From NCBI GenBank assembly GCA_043228905.1, contig JBHGNT010000012.1:7998001-8062000 (forward strand): a stretch of DNA of 64,000 nucleotides. Reading direction: 5' to 3'. The notes under the pieces were generated by a model. The model made no database searches. It saw nothing but the letters and a program-made list of their open reading frames with translations, and was not told where the DNA came from. The position numbers and the translations under genes were made by a program. Positions 1 to 13,650 of this stretch are shown piece by piece (within the stretch, counting starts at the first letter, position 1; every line of letters begins with the position of its first letter). This DNA is from Azolla caroliniana. Its lineage: Eukaryota > Plantae > Polypodiophyta.

Positions 1-2856
1 TGCCAAAAGCTACGAGGTAATGCCCAAAAGAAGATTTTGAGTCCCGAGTCTATAACCATGAAACTACGAGATAATAATTTAGATGGAGAAAAAAGTGAGT
101 TTTGTCTAAGTAACAATATTCAACAAACCCATAGCCCTCAAGGACTTGGTTCACTAGAGTCTATACAACCGGAGTCATTAGTCAAGACCCGAATGCTTTT
201 TTCCTCGCAACATTTTCCTGACATGGAGAACGAAGAAACATTGGGCAACAAAACCAATGAGCTTCAAGAAGCGAACCTTGCATTTGCTCATACAACGAAC
301 AAGCTAACGGCGTTGGAGAGGTGTGTTCACACCTCGTTGAGGCGAGTGCAACCATTGTCGATCAATCATGTTATTGATGATTCCGATTTTCCTAGTGTTC
401 TCGGCAATCCAAACAAAGAATCAAGCCAAGTTTCAATTCTAGAGAATAACAGTCATCATGAGGAGAGCACCAATGTGGCTGATTCATGGGCATCAATGAG
501 GTATCTAAAAGATTTCAACAAATTGTCATCGGATTCGCCAAAGGCATCGGGATTCTTCGACTCGGTTGATGATTTCATCGAGATGGAGCGTTGGGCGACT
601 TTCTCGTCTGAGGTTCAAGAGGGACGGCATGAAGACCATTCTTTTCAACACATTACAAGTGTCATGGATGAGCTCCGAGATCATGTTTTTGAGCTTTCTA
701 AAGCCATAACTCCAAGGGATACCTTGGGCACATCATTGGTGGAGGAAATGGAAGTGGATCCTCATCAAGGATGCTTGTTGTCTAGAAAAGACAATCCTAG
801 AGACAAAATATCTGAATCGGGAACACGGCTCAAGTCAGTAGTATGTGGGCTCATTCACTTAGTTGAATGTTTGGCCTTGGAAGTCATGGCTCAATATGAG
901 GTTGGTGGTACTTTCAAACAAGACCCAAGTACTACAATTAGCCCTAATTGTAGCCCTACCAATGGAGACACTCCCTCGGCCTTCAACCTTGGTTCGAGTA
1001 TGAAGCATTTTATGCTTGTTGCAAACCAATTTCTAGATGGGCAAGTGGAGCTTGAGCAATTCATCGGCGAGCTTTCGTATGCATTAGAGAAAATAAAAAA
1101 GTTTGACTCTAACAAAAACCCAAGTATAATTAAGAAGGTCAAGCAAACACTTGACCAAGATGAATTGAGTGACTTAGATGGCTTGTTTTCAAAATCTAGC
1201 AACTCCGATGGCTTTGAGCATTTTAGAGTTTTGAAATCTTCGGATGAAGTGGTGACTCACTCACTGGAACCTCTGATAAATGATGGAGCTGTAAATCTCG
1301 GAGCCGAAAAGGTCACCTTGGATTCAAAAATGAGAGAAGAATTTAGCACATTGGAGCAAATGTTATTCGAGGCGGAACAAGAGAAAGGGAAGATTCAAAA
1401 CATGTTGGTGCAAGAAAAAGAGAAACTCAAATATTTCACGATTCGCTTATCCGATGCCGAGCAGCTTATCGCGAATCTCCGCATAAAACTCGCATTCGTA
1501 GAGTTTTCAAGAGATGTAGCAAGCAAGAAGCTCACATCTACTACCACAACAAATGCAAAGCTCATTTCTCAGCTCAAGGAATGTCGATCAGAGTCGAACC
1601 TAACCACCGAACGGATGAAATGTTTAGAGGAAACCATAGATATCCAAAGAGCAAGGAACAAGGAGCTCAAACTCAAAGTGGAAGAGTTGCAAGAATCTCT
1701 ACAAAGGTATGTGTGGCATAAACCTATAGCTTCTTTCTTTGTGTGCAAATCACCTATATGCTAGGAGCATGTGTATGATTGTAACATTAAGAGCCAATAA
1801 ACTCAATTTCAAAGTTGATGTCTCTAGATGGCGTTGGTTCCCTAAATATAACCATAAAGAGTCAATATTGACCCATCAACTCATGGATGTCCACAAGTCA
1901 CCATGTGAACGTAGACCTAGGGTTTCATTGTATGTTACGGGTTGGTTATCGTTATGTGATATCTCTCTTCTACCATGTAGGGGTGTGACCCCATTGAATA
2001 AGTCTCACCAACATGACACAAGTAAAAGCGTAAGTACCATCTTTATGGTATGAGACACAAGTATATGTCATACCTTTACCAAATGTATCATTCCAAATGT
2101 GGTAAGAGCATACATTAATTCATAATCTTACGCAAACACATCTAATGAGTATAACCCTAGCCTAATTAGCAGAAGATATATACCCAAATTTCCCACCATT
2201 AATGTAAAGTATATCTCATACATTCATGACACAAATGTGCCAATTTTCATTATAGGTTTAGCTCGAGCAATTTTCAAACTGAGGTTGATTTTGTTGGGGC
2301 TAAAAATGACAAGGTAATTGTCTAACATCTACCTTTAAATGGACAATTAGTTTAGTGTATATGTTTATTTATGCTCTTATTTAACACACAGGAACAAAAC
2401 ATTAATGCTGCCACTTTAAAGTTGGAGGAATATGATCATACCATCCTTTCTTTGGAAAGAAAACTAAAGAAAATAGGGTTTGACCAAATGGCATCACCAT
2501 CCAATAACATCCAACAAACAGCTCGCAGAAGTAAATCTGATGTCGGCATGGTTGACGAGCATGTGGATTGTGACATCTTCGTTGTAACGGATGATGAAAT
2601 TGTTCCTAGGGGCAATGTGACATCAAAAAACCCTTGTGACGGACAATGTGTTGAGAAGGTAGGAGATCTAATCCATGGCATGGGAAGGTCATCGGATACA
2701 TTAACAGATCCAAAGCCCATGAAATATGTCGATAAGTTAAAGAAAAATTCTCGGTTTCTATCGAGCATGGATCTTACTAAGTCCTTGACTTTGGGTTCAT
2801 CCTCCAAACACGGAAGTAGTTTGAATAGGTTATTTTCAAGGCCAAAGAAAACTTGA
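1..2856 (+). CDS. Filament-like plant protein (FPP, DUF869 family), 3' part; exons <1-1706, 2256-2313, 2392-2856
   Basis: Frame is open from base 1 (CQKLRGNAQKKILSPESITMKL, resembling FPP 'CQRLRGLVRKKLPGPAALAQMKL'). Motifs DSWAS and DDFIEMER, a coiled-coil, and C-terminal EQNINAATLKLEEYDHTILSLERKLK match FPP motifs. GT-AG introns 1707-2255 (phase 2) and 2314-2391 (phase 0) keep the frame to TGA at 2854-2856. Confidence 0.8.
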
Positions 2857-5105
2857 TGAAGCTTATTGCGATGTGAAATCGCAATAAACTATGATCAAAC
2901 ACTCAATCGTGTACACATTAAGGTTTTTTTTATTGTTCTTTAGAGTTCTACAAAGATAAAAGCAACACTTTACATTTTGTGCACCATGACATTATTATAC
3001 TCACCATATTTAGACAAGTACATCAAACAATTATCTTGAATGTTAAAGGGGACATGTTCATGATTATTTTATTTCTTTATATGAATAATAATGGAGAAGC
3101 GTCATTTCTATGCTTCACAAATATACACACCATCATTTCATAATGTTTTATTCGCTAATATAGCACATTACATGCTCAAGCAAAACAAATTACGTGAATA
3201 AATATACTTCGGAAGTACAACTATCTTGATACAATTGACTTTAGAGGCAAGCCATTATTATCATATTCTCATCTCGCAAGAGAAGAATAGGTTGTTTTTT
3301 AAAAATTATTTAACTTCGTATTGACTAAAAGATCTTATAAATTTCAAATTCTTGTGATTTTGGGAGAAGAAATTGGTGTCTTCCGCATAGGTTTCTTGAC
3401 CGATTTGCAAGAGAATCATGCTTCATCGTGTCATTGTCATGTCCTCATGTGGAGCATGTTGTTGTCATGTACTATTAAGGGACAAATTACTTGCTCATTG
3501 TTGATGTGCATTTCTTGATATTCCATGCACTTGTTCGGTATATAAACCCATTCCCTTGTGGTGTTCCTTGCCCTTGGCAATTACTTGATATTACTATTTA
3601 TATTCCCTTTCTACATTTGTAACTATACAAAACTATCACGGTTCACCTATTGACAAGTAACACACATATCAAACACACCCCATCTCACCATGAACACGAC
3701 TCTATCAATGGGCCAATGTTTCTCTTTGGACAATATTCTCTTTAGATCTATAAGTCCTCTCTTGATTGATGCTCTTTTTGCCTATACCTTTCATCAGCCC
3801 TCTTCATGCCAACATGTCATCATGAATGTTTGGGTAGAGAGGATAGGTGGGGGAAGGCATGAAAATTAGCTCACAAATAGCCTAACAAGAAATTTCACAC
3901 ATTTACGATTCTTCGTCCCTTGGCATCCATGACATATACATCCTCAAGATACATGCATTTCCGTCGAACCCTATGAAGTTTCCAAATTCTCTCCTTCCAA
4001 GAGTTGACACTAGAGGAGGAGATTATGTCACAAACACTGAGTGGATTGTAAGATTGTGAGTATGCAAGATAAAATGACAAACATTGCTACCAATCGTCAA
4101 GGTTGATGTACAGTTTCATCTCTAAGAGTTCATCATTTGCTTTTAAATAGAGTATGGTATTATCACTGAATAGGGTGTAATAAACTCCAAATACAAACAC
4201 AAGAGTTAGAAGAAGCAAAACATCGATGTTTACAATCAAGACAGATATGTAGTTATTCACAAACAATATCATGTATAGAATCTTCTCATGGGAATATTTG
4301 GCAATGATCACCAACCAATCATGAACCTTTGGGTATGCACTAGAAATAGAATGGTGCACCTAACAATTTTAGCTCTTTGGCTGTATTGAGAACAATTAGT
4401 TATAATTGTGTTCAAAGTAATGCAGATATGAAAGAACCCTTGGCAAACAAAACATTTACTTGGTCATCAAATGTCACCTTATGATTTCAATGAGAGCAAT
4501 GTAATCCATAACCGATTTATAGAATCGACTTGACAAATTTTGTTGACATAGATTAATATAGTTTACTTATTATATTTTTGTACTTATGCAACAAATAATC
4601 CTTAGTACATCAGCAATGATCTGGTTATGTATGAGATGACTTTTCTCCTAGGTGGGTGTGGAGTTTATGTTGTGTTCAAGAAATTTTTATAACAAAGACC
4701 GTAGTGGAGACTGCATATTGTGATGGAAAAGGAGTGAAAACAAAATACAGCAGAAGAATTCGAATATGTTAATATAGAGCAAGAATTCATGTGGACACTC
4801 ACGTAAGGAAAAAAAATCTCGTGTTAAAATTGACCAAAAATCATAGGTAAAGCTTGAACCAAGTACCTACCCATCACTACCCACACAAAATCAATTCTTC
4901 AAGCTCTATTTTCCAATGGATACTTGAGATGTTAATAATAATACTGTACAAACGTGACATGATCACGAAACAACTTACATGAAACCGAAAATGCTTCCCA
5001 AATGAAGCTACTTATATATGAATTCGGGATCAAATGTAAATTCTAGAAAAGATGTATATTCGTTCAATTTCTTTTCTGTTTTTAAGCTCAAGCTTTTAAT
5101 TCTTT

Positions 5106-6820
5106 TTATTTACCTTGTGCAAACTCCTCGGGTGTCAAAGTCCGCATGCTATCGACCGCATGCACTACACTCTGGAGCTCCTCCCAAATCGCTTTGTAGA
5201 CCATCCTCTGGCGATTCATACTTGATTTTCCCTCAAATTCCGAGGATACTACCTCAATGCTACAGTATGTATCAATTCCACCACCGAATAAGAATTCAAA
5301 AAAAATTCTATGTCAAATTCTATTTATGTGAGAAATCCAGCATATATTAAAATTCTATGTAAGCCCAATACGACATGGGTTCAAGTCCTTCCTCCCACCC
5401 TTGGGTTGCAACTAATATAGCAATTATGAGATTATTAAGAAGCATAACGAACAATATCATTCTCAAACCTGACATGGCGCCCGTCGCCTTGAGCATCTTT
5501 TACAACCACGTTATCTGTGTTTAACTGCTTCTTGATCTGTTGAAAGGATTCACACAAACACATACAAATGAATCCACCCTTCCGACCTAAAAAAATTTTG
5601 TCATTGAAATTCTGATGTGCAAGTATTATGGCATTTAGCATTTTTATACCTTTCTGATGACATACTGGGGTAAATCTTAGAAAAAATTGTATGCATACAC
5701 GCAAGCACACGTACACATAAACCATCCATCCACTTAAGCTTGTTGGGGCTAACCTCACAACAACAAATACATTCATCGGAAAAATTCATGCATAAATGCA
5801 CATATCCCTCATACACATACATAAGGCAGGTATATGCATGAACATACCATTTATCCACATAAATAGCTCATTGGGGGGGGGGGGGGTAATTTAACAACAA
5901 ATACATTTATTGGGACAATTCATGCATAAATGCACATACACACATACCACTCACACACATACATTCATCGGGAATTTATTTTATTAACATCCATCCACAT
6001 AAAACGACATTCCATTCATACACACATTGATTCCATCCATGTACATGCACATTCAATCCATCCAAGCACAAGCGCAGACAAACATGCCATCCATACGCAT
6101 ACATTGATTGACAATAACCTTACAACCAACCATCCATTCACATGTATATGCATCCATATACACGCATACACACACAGATTGACACATGTAAATGGAGACA
6201 TAAACGCACATACATAGAGACACATAAACATCCATAAATATAAATTGAGACGTAGTCACTCACATACATAAGCACATAAACATACATCCACACAATATAC
6301 CATGGACACATACTCTCACAAATGCACACACAATAACATAGACACATAATCACATATATTCGCACGCAATGTCATAGGCACATACACAATTATGTAGATA
6401 CATACATATCAATATGTTCATGAGCCCTCGGAGGATTCAATCACCCTTTTCATTCTTGATGTATTCGTAAAACAGACATTTTCAGAATCAAATAGAATTA
6501 ATAACAAAAATAAAGGAATAAATATGAAATGATATCCAAGAGAAAGAGTGTGTGTGTGTGTGTGAGAGAGAGATTAAACAAAATACCTTATCTGTCATAG
6601 AATCTATGAGGGTAGATTGTGATGAAACATCATCTATATTTGCTTTCACAGATAGGTTGAAGGAAGAAGAAGAAGAAACAGAGCGACTCCATAGCTTCGT
6701 GTTCAGAAGTTTAAGATGGAAGTGAGCGAAGGAGGAAGATGAAATGGAAGTGGGTCTGAAAGGGGAGGGAGAAATGCGAGCAGAGAATGAAGAAAGGGAA
6801 GATGCAGAGGAGGCTGCCAT
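5106..6820 (-). CDS. BOLA4: Plastid BolA4-like protein (~151 aa); exons 6587-6820, 5469-5536, 5106-5259
   Basis: Ser-rich transit peptide [15 protein letters not shown]..., then spliced IDSMTDK|[23 protein letters not shown]|[50 protein letters not shown], the BolA4 signature. Both introns are GT-AG with compatible phases. Exon 3 is absent from the ORF track and was read by hand. Confidence 0.93.
5690..6420. repeat. CA/TA-rich low-complexity tract in BolA4 intron 1
   Basis: Degenerate (CATA/CACA) units and a poly-G run at about 5873-5886. It generates spurious His/Thr- and Cys/Val-rich ORFs. Confidence 0.7.
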
Positions 6821-7018
6821 CGCCTCTTTTGTTTTTTTATCTCTTTAGCTCTGCTACCTCTTAATCTTTATGTACAAATATTTGTATACATATACATACA
6901 TATGTACTACAAAAGACTACCCCTCCCTCGTATTTTATGTAATTCCCAAAATACCCCCCCCCCCCCCCCTCCCCTTTGCAAGAAGATGCTTGTGGAATTT
7001 GGTACCTCATTTTTTTGG

Positions 7019-7021
<3 letters not shown>

Positions 7022-7063
<42 letters not shown>
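7022..7063. repeat. (CT)n microsatellite upstream of BolA4; left flank of LINE-A
   Basis: Perfect CT dinucleotide run directly abutting the LINE RT sequence. Confidence 0.95.
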
Positions 7064-7065
<2 letters not shown>

Positions 7066-8902
7066 ATTGATGAGATCACTCATTTTATTGCTCGTAAGGG
7101 AGGCAATGGAGTAGCCATTGGGGGTACGCAAGTCAGTCTCTTACTCTACGCAGATGACATCGTCTTGCTCGCGGAGTCTGAACACGACCTACCAAAGCAT
7201 CTTAATGCCCTAGATGTCTTCTGCACACAACGAGGACTGGTAGTGAATCTAGCGAAAACTAAATTCCTTATCTTTCATACATCATCCTGAGTTAGGAGTA
7301 AATGTCACCTAATCCTCTCTCATAAACTAGTTGCGGTGGTTGGATCATATGTATACTTGGGAGTCACTTTTAGTGCTCATTCAGGTAAATTTTCGATGAC
7401 CCAGGCAACCAAAGATAGGCTAACGAGAGGGTATGCATCTCTCTCACTCTTAGAGAGACAATGCCACCAGGCATACTTTCAAGAGCCACGGACTAAGGGA
7501 CATCTCTTCGACTCATTAGTGACCCCTTTCCCTCATGTATGCATCAGTAGTATGGGCTCCAGGTCTAGTAACCATCTTTCATGTGGACACAATTAGAGAG
7601 ACCTTTGGTGACGATGTTATCACGTCAACCCCGACCCAAATCAACAGTACCATATGACATTATTAGAGCAGAGTTCAGTTTGTCCCTGATGTTAGTAGAG
7701 GCACTTTTCTAAGTGGTATTTTTTATTCATCGGATACATAGCCAACCACAAGATTGGATATCCCATCGAGCCTTTGAGGCATCCCAATCCCTATATGCGT
7801 TTGGAGACACTAGCTCTTGGTATAGCATTGTAGTGAGTTGGTTACTTGCAAATGGCATAGACATTAATAACCTACCTCCCCTTAAGTACAACCATGGGAC
7901 TGATCAAACTTTAATCTCTCATGAAGACCGTAATAAAGTAATACACCAAGAAATATGGCAAATTTACACCCGATATAAATGAATCACCCCGCGCAAGCCA
8001 CTCCCATCTAAAATGTTGTACTATAAGGAACACTTCTTGCACTTCTCTAAGTTAGGCTTTATTACACGACTAAGATATCTAGATACATCCTTATCAAATG
8101 CACTAAGGGTGGCCATTGAGAATGGTCGGGCTAATAGTGTTCCTCGAGAGGGAAGGCTATGTAGGTTACGTCACATAGAGATAGATGATGAGTATCACTT
8201 TACATGCAAGTGTCCAACTTATGCTGAGATAAGGGTGGAATACCAAGACATATTAGGACCCTCTCCCACTCTCTCCAAACTATTAGATACCCCGATATAA
8301 AGAGACCAGGTAGGTATATCTTAGAGTTAAAACAACATAGGGAGAATAAATTACAAAGTGTTAACCATAATCCTTTTAATATTCATCAACTTGTAACTAG
8401 TGTAATTTTTCAGGAACAAGGGGACACGATGAATGTGGATACGCTTACGCCACTCGAACTCTCTCTTGAGGAAGCAGAAATGCAAAGAACAACCAAACGC
8501 CCTCGGATGTTGGGCTTCAAAATGACTCGACGTGGAGTAGAGATTAAGAAGATAAGGAAACGTGAGCTACGCCGACTAGAAGCTATGGTTGGGGTACCTT
8601 TTACATTGGGACCACGGGCCACATCCACATCGAAACCCTTTGAACTCCCGCTTCTTTTTCAGAGACTTGGATAGAAATGAAACTAGGCCAAGTATAAAGC
8701 CATTTCATTGTAGAACATGTTTCTTTATAGAACATGTTTGTTATTTTACTAGAACTATATAGCTTAAGCTCTATTTTTATTTTATTTTAATTTTTACTTT
8801 CGATGAATAGGTAAAAAACCCATTTTGTTGTAAACCAATTGTCTCATGGGCCAATTTTGGCCTTAGAAGATGTTAATCTCTCTCTCTCTCTCTCTCTCTC
8901 TC
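7064..8902 (+). mobile_element. LINE-A: 5'-truncated, degenerate non-LTR retrotransposon (RT C-half, C-terminal Cys/His motif, 3' hairpin, (CT)n tail)
   Basis: LLYADDIVLL RT motif, YVYLGVTF, and RLCRLRHIEIDDEYHFTCKCPTY, with stops and frameshifts. 3' hairpin ggccaattttggcc at 8849-8862, then (CT)n at 8877-8902. Confidence 0.85.
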
Positions 8903-11900
8903 ATGCTAAGCTCCAAATTGTTGTCATTGCGAATGAAAGTCTTAAGAAAGTGGTTGCAAAACTTGAACTGATAAGATTCAAGAATGTAAGAAAGATTCTT
9001 TCGAAACAAATGAATGCCTTAACAAGATTGAGTTAAATGAAGCATTAAAAGAAGAAAAATAGGACATGATGAGGCGGGATGTGTTGGGAATGTCCCTCCA
9101 GTGGGAGGAGGCGATTGTTCGGAAGCATCTGACAGTCGAAGACAAGGAGTATCCGATTGATCGGCTAGAGGGCCGACAGTCGAAGAGTTGACATAAAGAG
9201 TCGACTGAAAGAGAGTTAAACATAGAGAGAGCTGACTCGAAGAGAATCGGCAAGAGGAGATCCAAGGCTGAAGACACGACCTTCTAATCGGGCCGACCAG
9301 ACTGACTACTTGGGCTGACTGGACAATCGACACTAGAGTCGACTGATTGACTACTATAATAATAGTAGTGATATGTAGTAGAGGCTGCATTTGTAAATAG
9401 CCTATACATTGTATGAGTATAAATACGTCTAGGGCAAACATAGACGTAGTAATGAACAGAAAAGTTGAATGAGTGTAGTGTAGCGTTGTAGCTAAGCGCA
9501 AGAGAGACAGAGAGAGAAGAGTGAGAAGAGTGAGAGAGCGGCGCCATAGTTGTGTTTTGGAACAATAGACGCCAAGAGCCCTGTGTGGCTAATACACTCG
9601 ATCTAGAGAGTGTTGTAATCTTCTCCATTGTATATCCACTGTATAGTGAAGTTTTGTTCTCTTGTTTTAGGGTTTCCATGTAAATCTGTGTGCATTGTAC
9701 ATTCTGTTCATTTTGTTGTTTTTTGTCTTGAGTTGCGTACTTTCAGCATATTTATTGCAGATTGATGATTCGATTCTCATCAAAATGGTATCAAAGCTTG
9801 AGGTGCAAGCATGGAAGGAGGTGTGAGTGGCTTCCCAGGCATGATAGTTCTAAACTTTCATAACTATGCATACTGTAAGATCAAGATGGAAGACCATTAG
9901 ACAGAAAGGTAGTGGCCACCATCAGACAGTGTGTCAACGTAAGTGTCCTTCAGCATGTGGCAAACGACACAAATGCACACGAGATGCGGCATAAGTTGTT
10001 AGGTCTATATGAGAGGAAGAACACACTCAACAAAACATCCTTGATGAGGAAGATCATAAGGCTGAAATACAAGGATGGAGAAAGCATATTCGAACACATC
10101 AACACATTCATGGGGTATGTGAACCAACTTGCTGCAACCAAGTTCCCCCTAGAAGATGCAATGCATGCCATCTTGCTATTGTGCACCCTGCCAGACAACT
10201 GGGATAATCTAGTGGTGACCCTCAACACCTCGTGTCAAAAAGAGAACTTGTCTCTTCAAGCCGTGAAGACAAGTATCTTGAATGAGGAGATAAGGAGGAA
10301 GGACAAGGGAGTCTTGTCCTAGTCGGATCGAATGTGGCTCAACATACCAACAGAGGAAGGAACTGGCAAAGAAGTCCACAAAGAAGGGACAAATCCCATG
10401 CCAGATCGAAGTCTAGAAGTAAGCTAACATGCTTTATTGTGGAAAGCCTGGACACTTTCAGAAGGACTGCTAACACATGCGGAAGGACAAGAGTGTCGGA
10501 AATGGTGTCGAACCCAAGAAGATTCCTGATGAAAAGAGCACTTTTGACATTGCTATGAGCAATGAAGAACTTCTGTTCATCTGTGAACAAGCAAGTGCAA
10601 ATCTTACAAGTGAAGAATGCACTTGGGTGATTGACTCTAGTGGATCTTTCCATATAACTCTGTCGAGAGAGTATTTCTCGACTTACATAGCTGAGAACCA
10701 TGGTTATGTAAAGATGGGTTACAATGGGGAGTGCAAGATAGTCGGAATTGGAAGTGCCTACTTGACGACGTCGATAGGGTGTCGACTAACTCTGAAGGAT
10801 GTTCGACATGTCCCTGATATTAGATTGAATTTGATATCGACTAGAAGGCTAGAAGATGAAGGCTATAGTGGTAGCTTTCAGAATGGCAAGTGGAAGTTTT
10901 GCCAAGGAAACCTCATAGTGGCCCGAGCACAGAAAGAGGGCACACTATATATGATACACGCCCGACTGTGCAAGTTGGAAGTGAATGTGATAGCCAACTT
11001 GACAGGACAGATATGGCATAAGAGGCTAGGCCACATGAGTGAGAAGGGATTGCATCTGTTAGCCAACCATAAACTTTTACCAGAGGTCAAGGGAGTGCAC
11101 ATGGAAAAGTGTGTTGACTGCTTAGTCGTTAAGTAGAACAAAGCTATGTTGGAACTAGTGCACAACGACTTATGCTGTGTAGATGCTCCATCACATCGAG
11201 GTGGGCAATACTTTGTAACATTTATTGACGACTATAGTCGGAAGACATGGGCCTTCGTACTGAGGTCAAAGGATCAAGTACTATCATTCTTCAAGGAGCT
11301 CCAGGCAAGAGCCGAACAAGAGTCGGGTCGGAAGTTGAAGGCTGTCCGAACCGACAATGGTGGTGAGTACAAGAGGCAGTTTGAGTATTACTGCAAATCC
11401 CAAGGTATTCAGATTGAATACATTGTAGCAAAGACCCCTGAGTTGAACGAGCTTGCAGAGAAGATGAATCAAACGATCATGGAAAGAGTGAGGAGCATGT
11501 TGTCGCATGCGAAACTGCTAAAATCGTACTGGGCTGAGGCGATGTACACGACTGTTTATTTGATCAACAAGTCTCCCTCAGTGCCATTGAACAATGATGT
11601 CCCACAGAGGGTGTGGACGGGAAGGGATCTCTCCTACCGACACTTGAGGGTATTTGGATGCTTAGTGTATATGCATGTGACGAACGATCAGAGGAAGAAG
11701 TTGGACAGCAAGTCAAGACCATGCATATTGATGGGATATTCGGATGATGAGTTCGGCTATAGGCTATGGGACCTAGTCGACAAAAAGGTAGTGAGGAGTC
11801 GGGACGTAGTCTTCCTGGAAGGCAAGATGTTAGAGGAGTGGAAGCAACAGAAATCGGAGTCAACATCAACTACTATTGACTTGAGGCCAAGTGAACCGAC

Positions 11901-12588
11901 ACAATCGGCTATTTGGAGACAACCTGTCGGTAGAGCCGAATCCGAGTCGGTCGACTCGGAGAGACCAACTGACTATGAGTCTGAGGCAGCAGAGCTGCTA
12001 AGGTCGATCGAGGAATATGAATTGGAGTCATCCAACCTTGAGAAGTCGATCGACATACATGAACCTGAGCCGAGAGAAGAGTTGGCAGAGACATCCGAAC
12101 TAGAGCCGACAACGAGTAGAAGGAGATACCCACTCAGAGAAAGGAGAGCACTAACAACATATGCCAGTCAATACATCCTCTTGACTGATGAAGGTGAACC
12201 GGAGTGCTATGATGAGGCCATAGCCGACAAGCACAAGGAGAAATGGCTAAGCGCAATGCAAGATGAGATGGACTCCTTGCACGAAAATTACACTTACGAT
12301 CTGGTAGAATTACCGAAATGTAAGAGAGCACTTTGTTGGGAAATTGGTCTCTCCGGATGGGATCCGGTGATGAATAAAGAGGACCCGGTGAGAACCGGAA
12401 GAGATTCGGAAACCGGATCAGTGGATCCGGTGAGAACCGAAAGAGAAGACAGATTTGTAAATATGTCTTGAATAAACCCATTGAGGCTATATTTATAAAT
12501 AGCCCTAAGTTCATATAACTATAAATATGACTTAGGGCAATCACTTTAGTACGATTTTGTTGTGTTGTCATATTGCTATAACTATTGT

Positions 12589-12652
<64 letters not shown>

Positions 12653-13424
12653 TCTGTTGTAACCGCCACTATGCGAAGAAACAGAGCTCGAGGTCGTTGC
12701 CTCCGAGTCTTTGATTGTACCCCTTCCCTTCTCTTCATAGTGATAGTTCAGAGTCTATGGGCTCCCGTGGTTTTTCCCTATTAGGGTTTTCCACGTAAAC
12801 ATCCTGTGTCATTTTCTTGTGTACTCTCCAGTTCCCATTTCTGTGTTTGATTCTTATAGAAGTGATTTACTACTTGGTTGTGGCTGAGCGACATTCCATG
12901 CATTTCTCTACAAACTGGTATCAGAGCGAACAACACAAAAAATGGAAGAATCTTACGGCGGCATGTTCAAGCTTACCGGCTCCAACTACTCAGTGTGGAA
13001 GTCGAAGATCAGGGACATGTTGGTGGTCAAAGATCTTTGGTTGTCGGTTCAGTTCGGGGACAAGAGACCGGATAAGATCGAAGCCACGGTGTGGGAGATG
13101 ATGCACATGAAGACGACGACATATATCCGGTGCTTCATCGACATGAGTCTGTACAACAACTTCAATGAAGAGAGCAAGGCTCATGAACTTTGGGAGAAGA
13201 TCTGTATCATGTTCCAGAACAAGAATGCCCTCAATCCGGTTTCGGTATTTCGAAAGCTAGTGAGGCTCCGGTACCAAGATGGCTCCAGTATGGCGGAGCA
13301 CATGAATGCCTTCCAGGGGCTGATACACCAAGCAACCTCGTTGGAAGTGTTGGGAGATAGGTCCCTCCGGATGGGAAGGGAGAAGAACAGTGCCGATGAA
13401 CAAACTCGGCCGAGGCCGAAACCG

Positions 13425-13650
13425 TATGAGGAGTACCCGGCTACAGAGAGCCGGATGATACAGACCCGGTATGAACCGGATGAGGAGTACCCGGCTACGG
13501 AGAGCCGGATGGTGCAGACCCGGTGAAGACCGGATGAGGAGTACCCGGCTACGGAGAGCCGGATGATACAGACCCGGTATGAACCAGATGAGGAGTACCT
13601 GGCTACGGATAGCCGGATGGTGCAGACCCGGTGAAGACCGGATGAGGAGA
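13425..13650 (+). repeat. 54-bp tandem array (4 units) in 5' LTR of Copia C
   Basis: Unit (g/t)atgaggagtacccggctac..cagacccggt at 13425, 13479, 13533, 13587. Confidence 0.9.

Noticed and set aside
2900-5100. Small ORFs between FPP and BolA4
   Set aside because: AT-rich, no motifs or coherent splice model; probably UTR/intergenic DNA or decayed TE.
5372-5400. B-box-like gggttcaagtcc in BolA4 intron 2
   Set aside because: No A box or cloverleaf visible; too short to call a tRNA or SINE.
5601-6365. His/Thr- and Cys/Val-rich ORFs
   Set aside because: By-products of CA/TA low-complexity sequence in BolA4 intron 1.
8429-8674. Separate small basic gene
   Set aside because: Lies within LINE-A between the Cys/His motif and the 3' tail; most simply the ORF2 C-terminal extension.
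13425-13650. Regular repeats as a CRISPR array
   Set aside because: Contiguous 54-bp tandem units without unique spacers, inside an LTR, in eukaryotic context with no cas genes.
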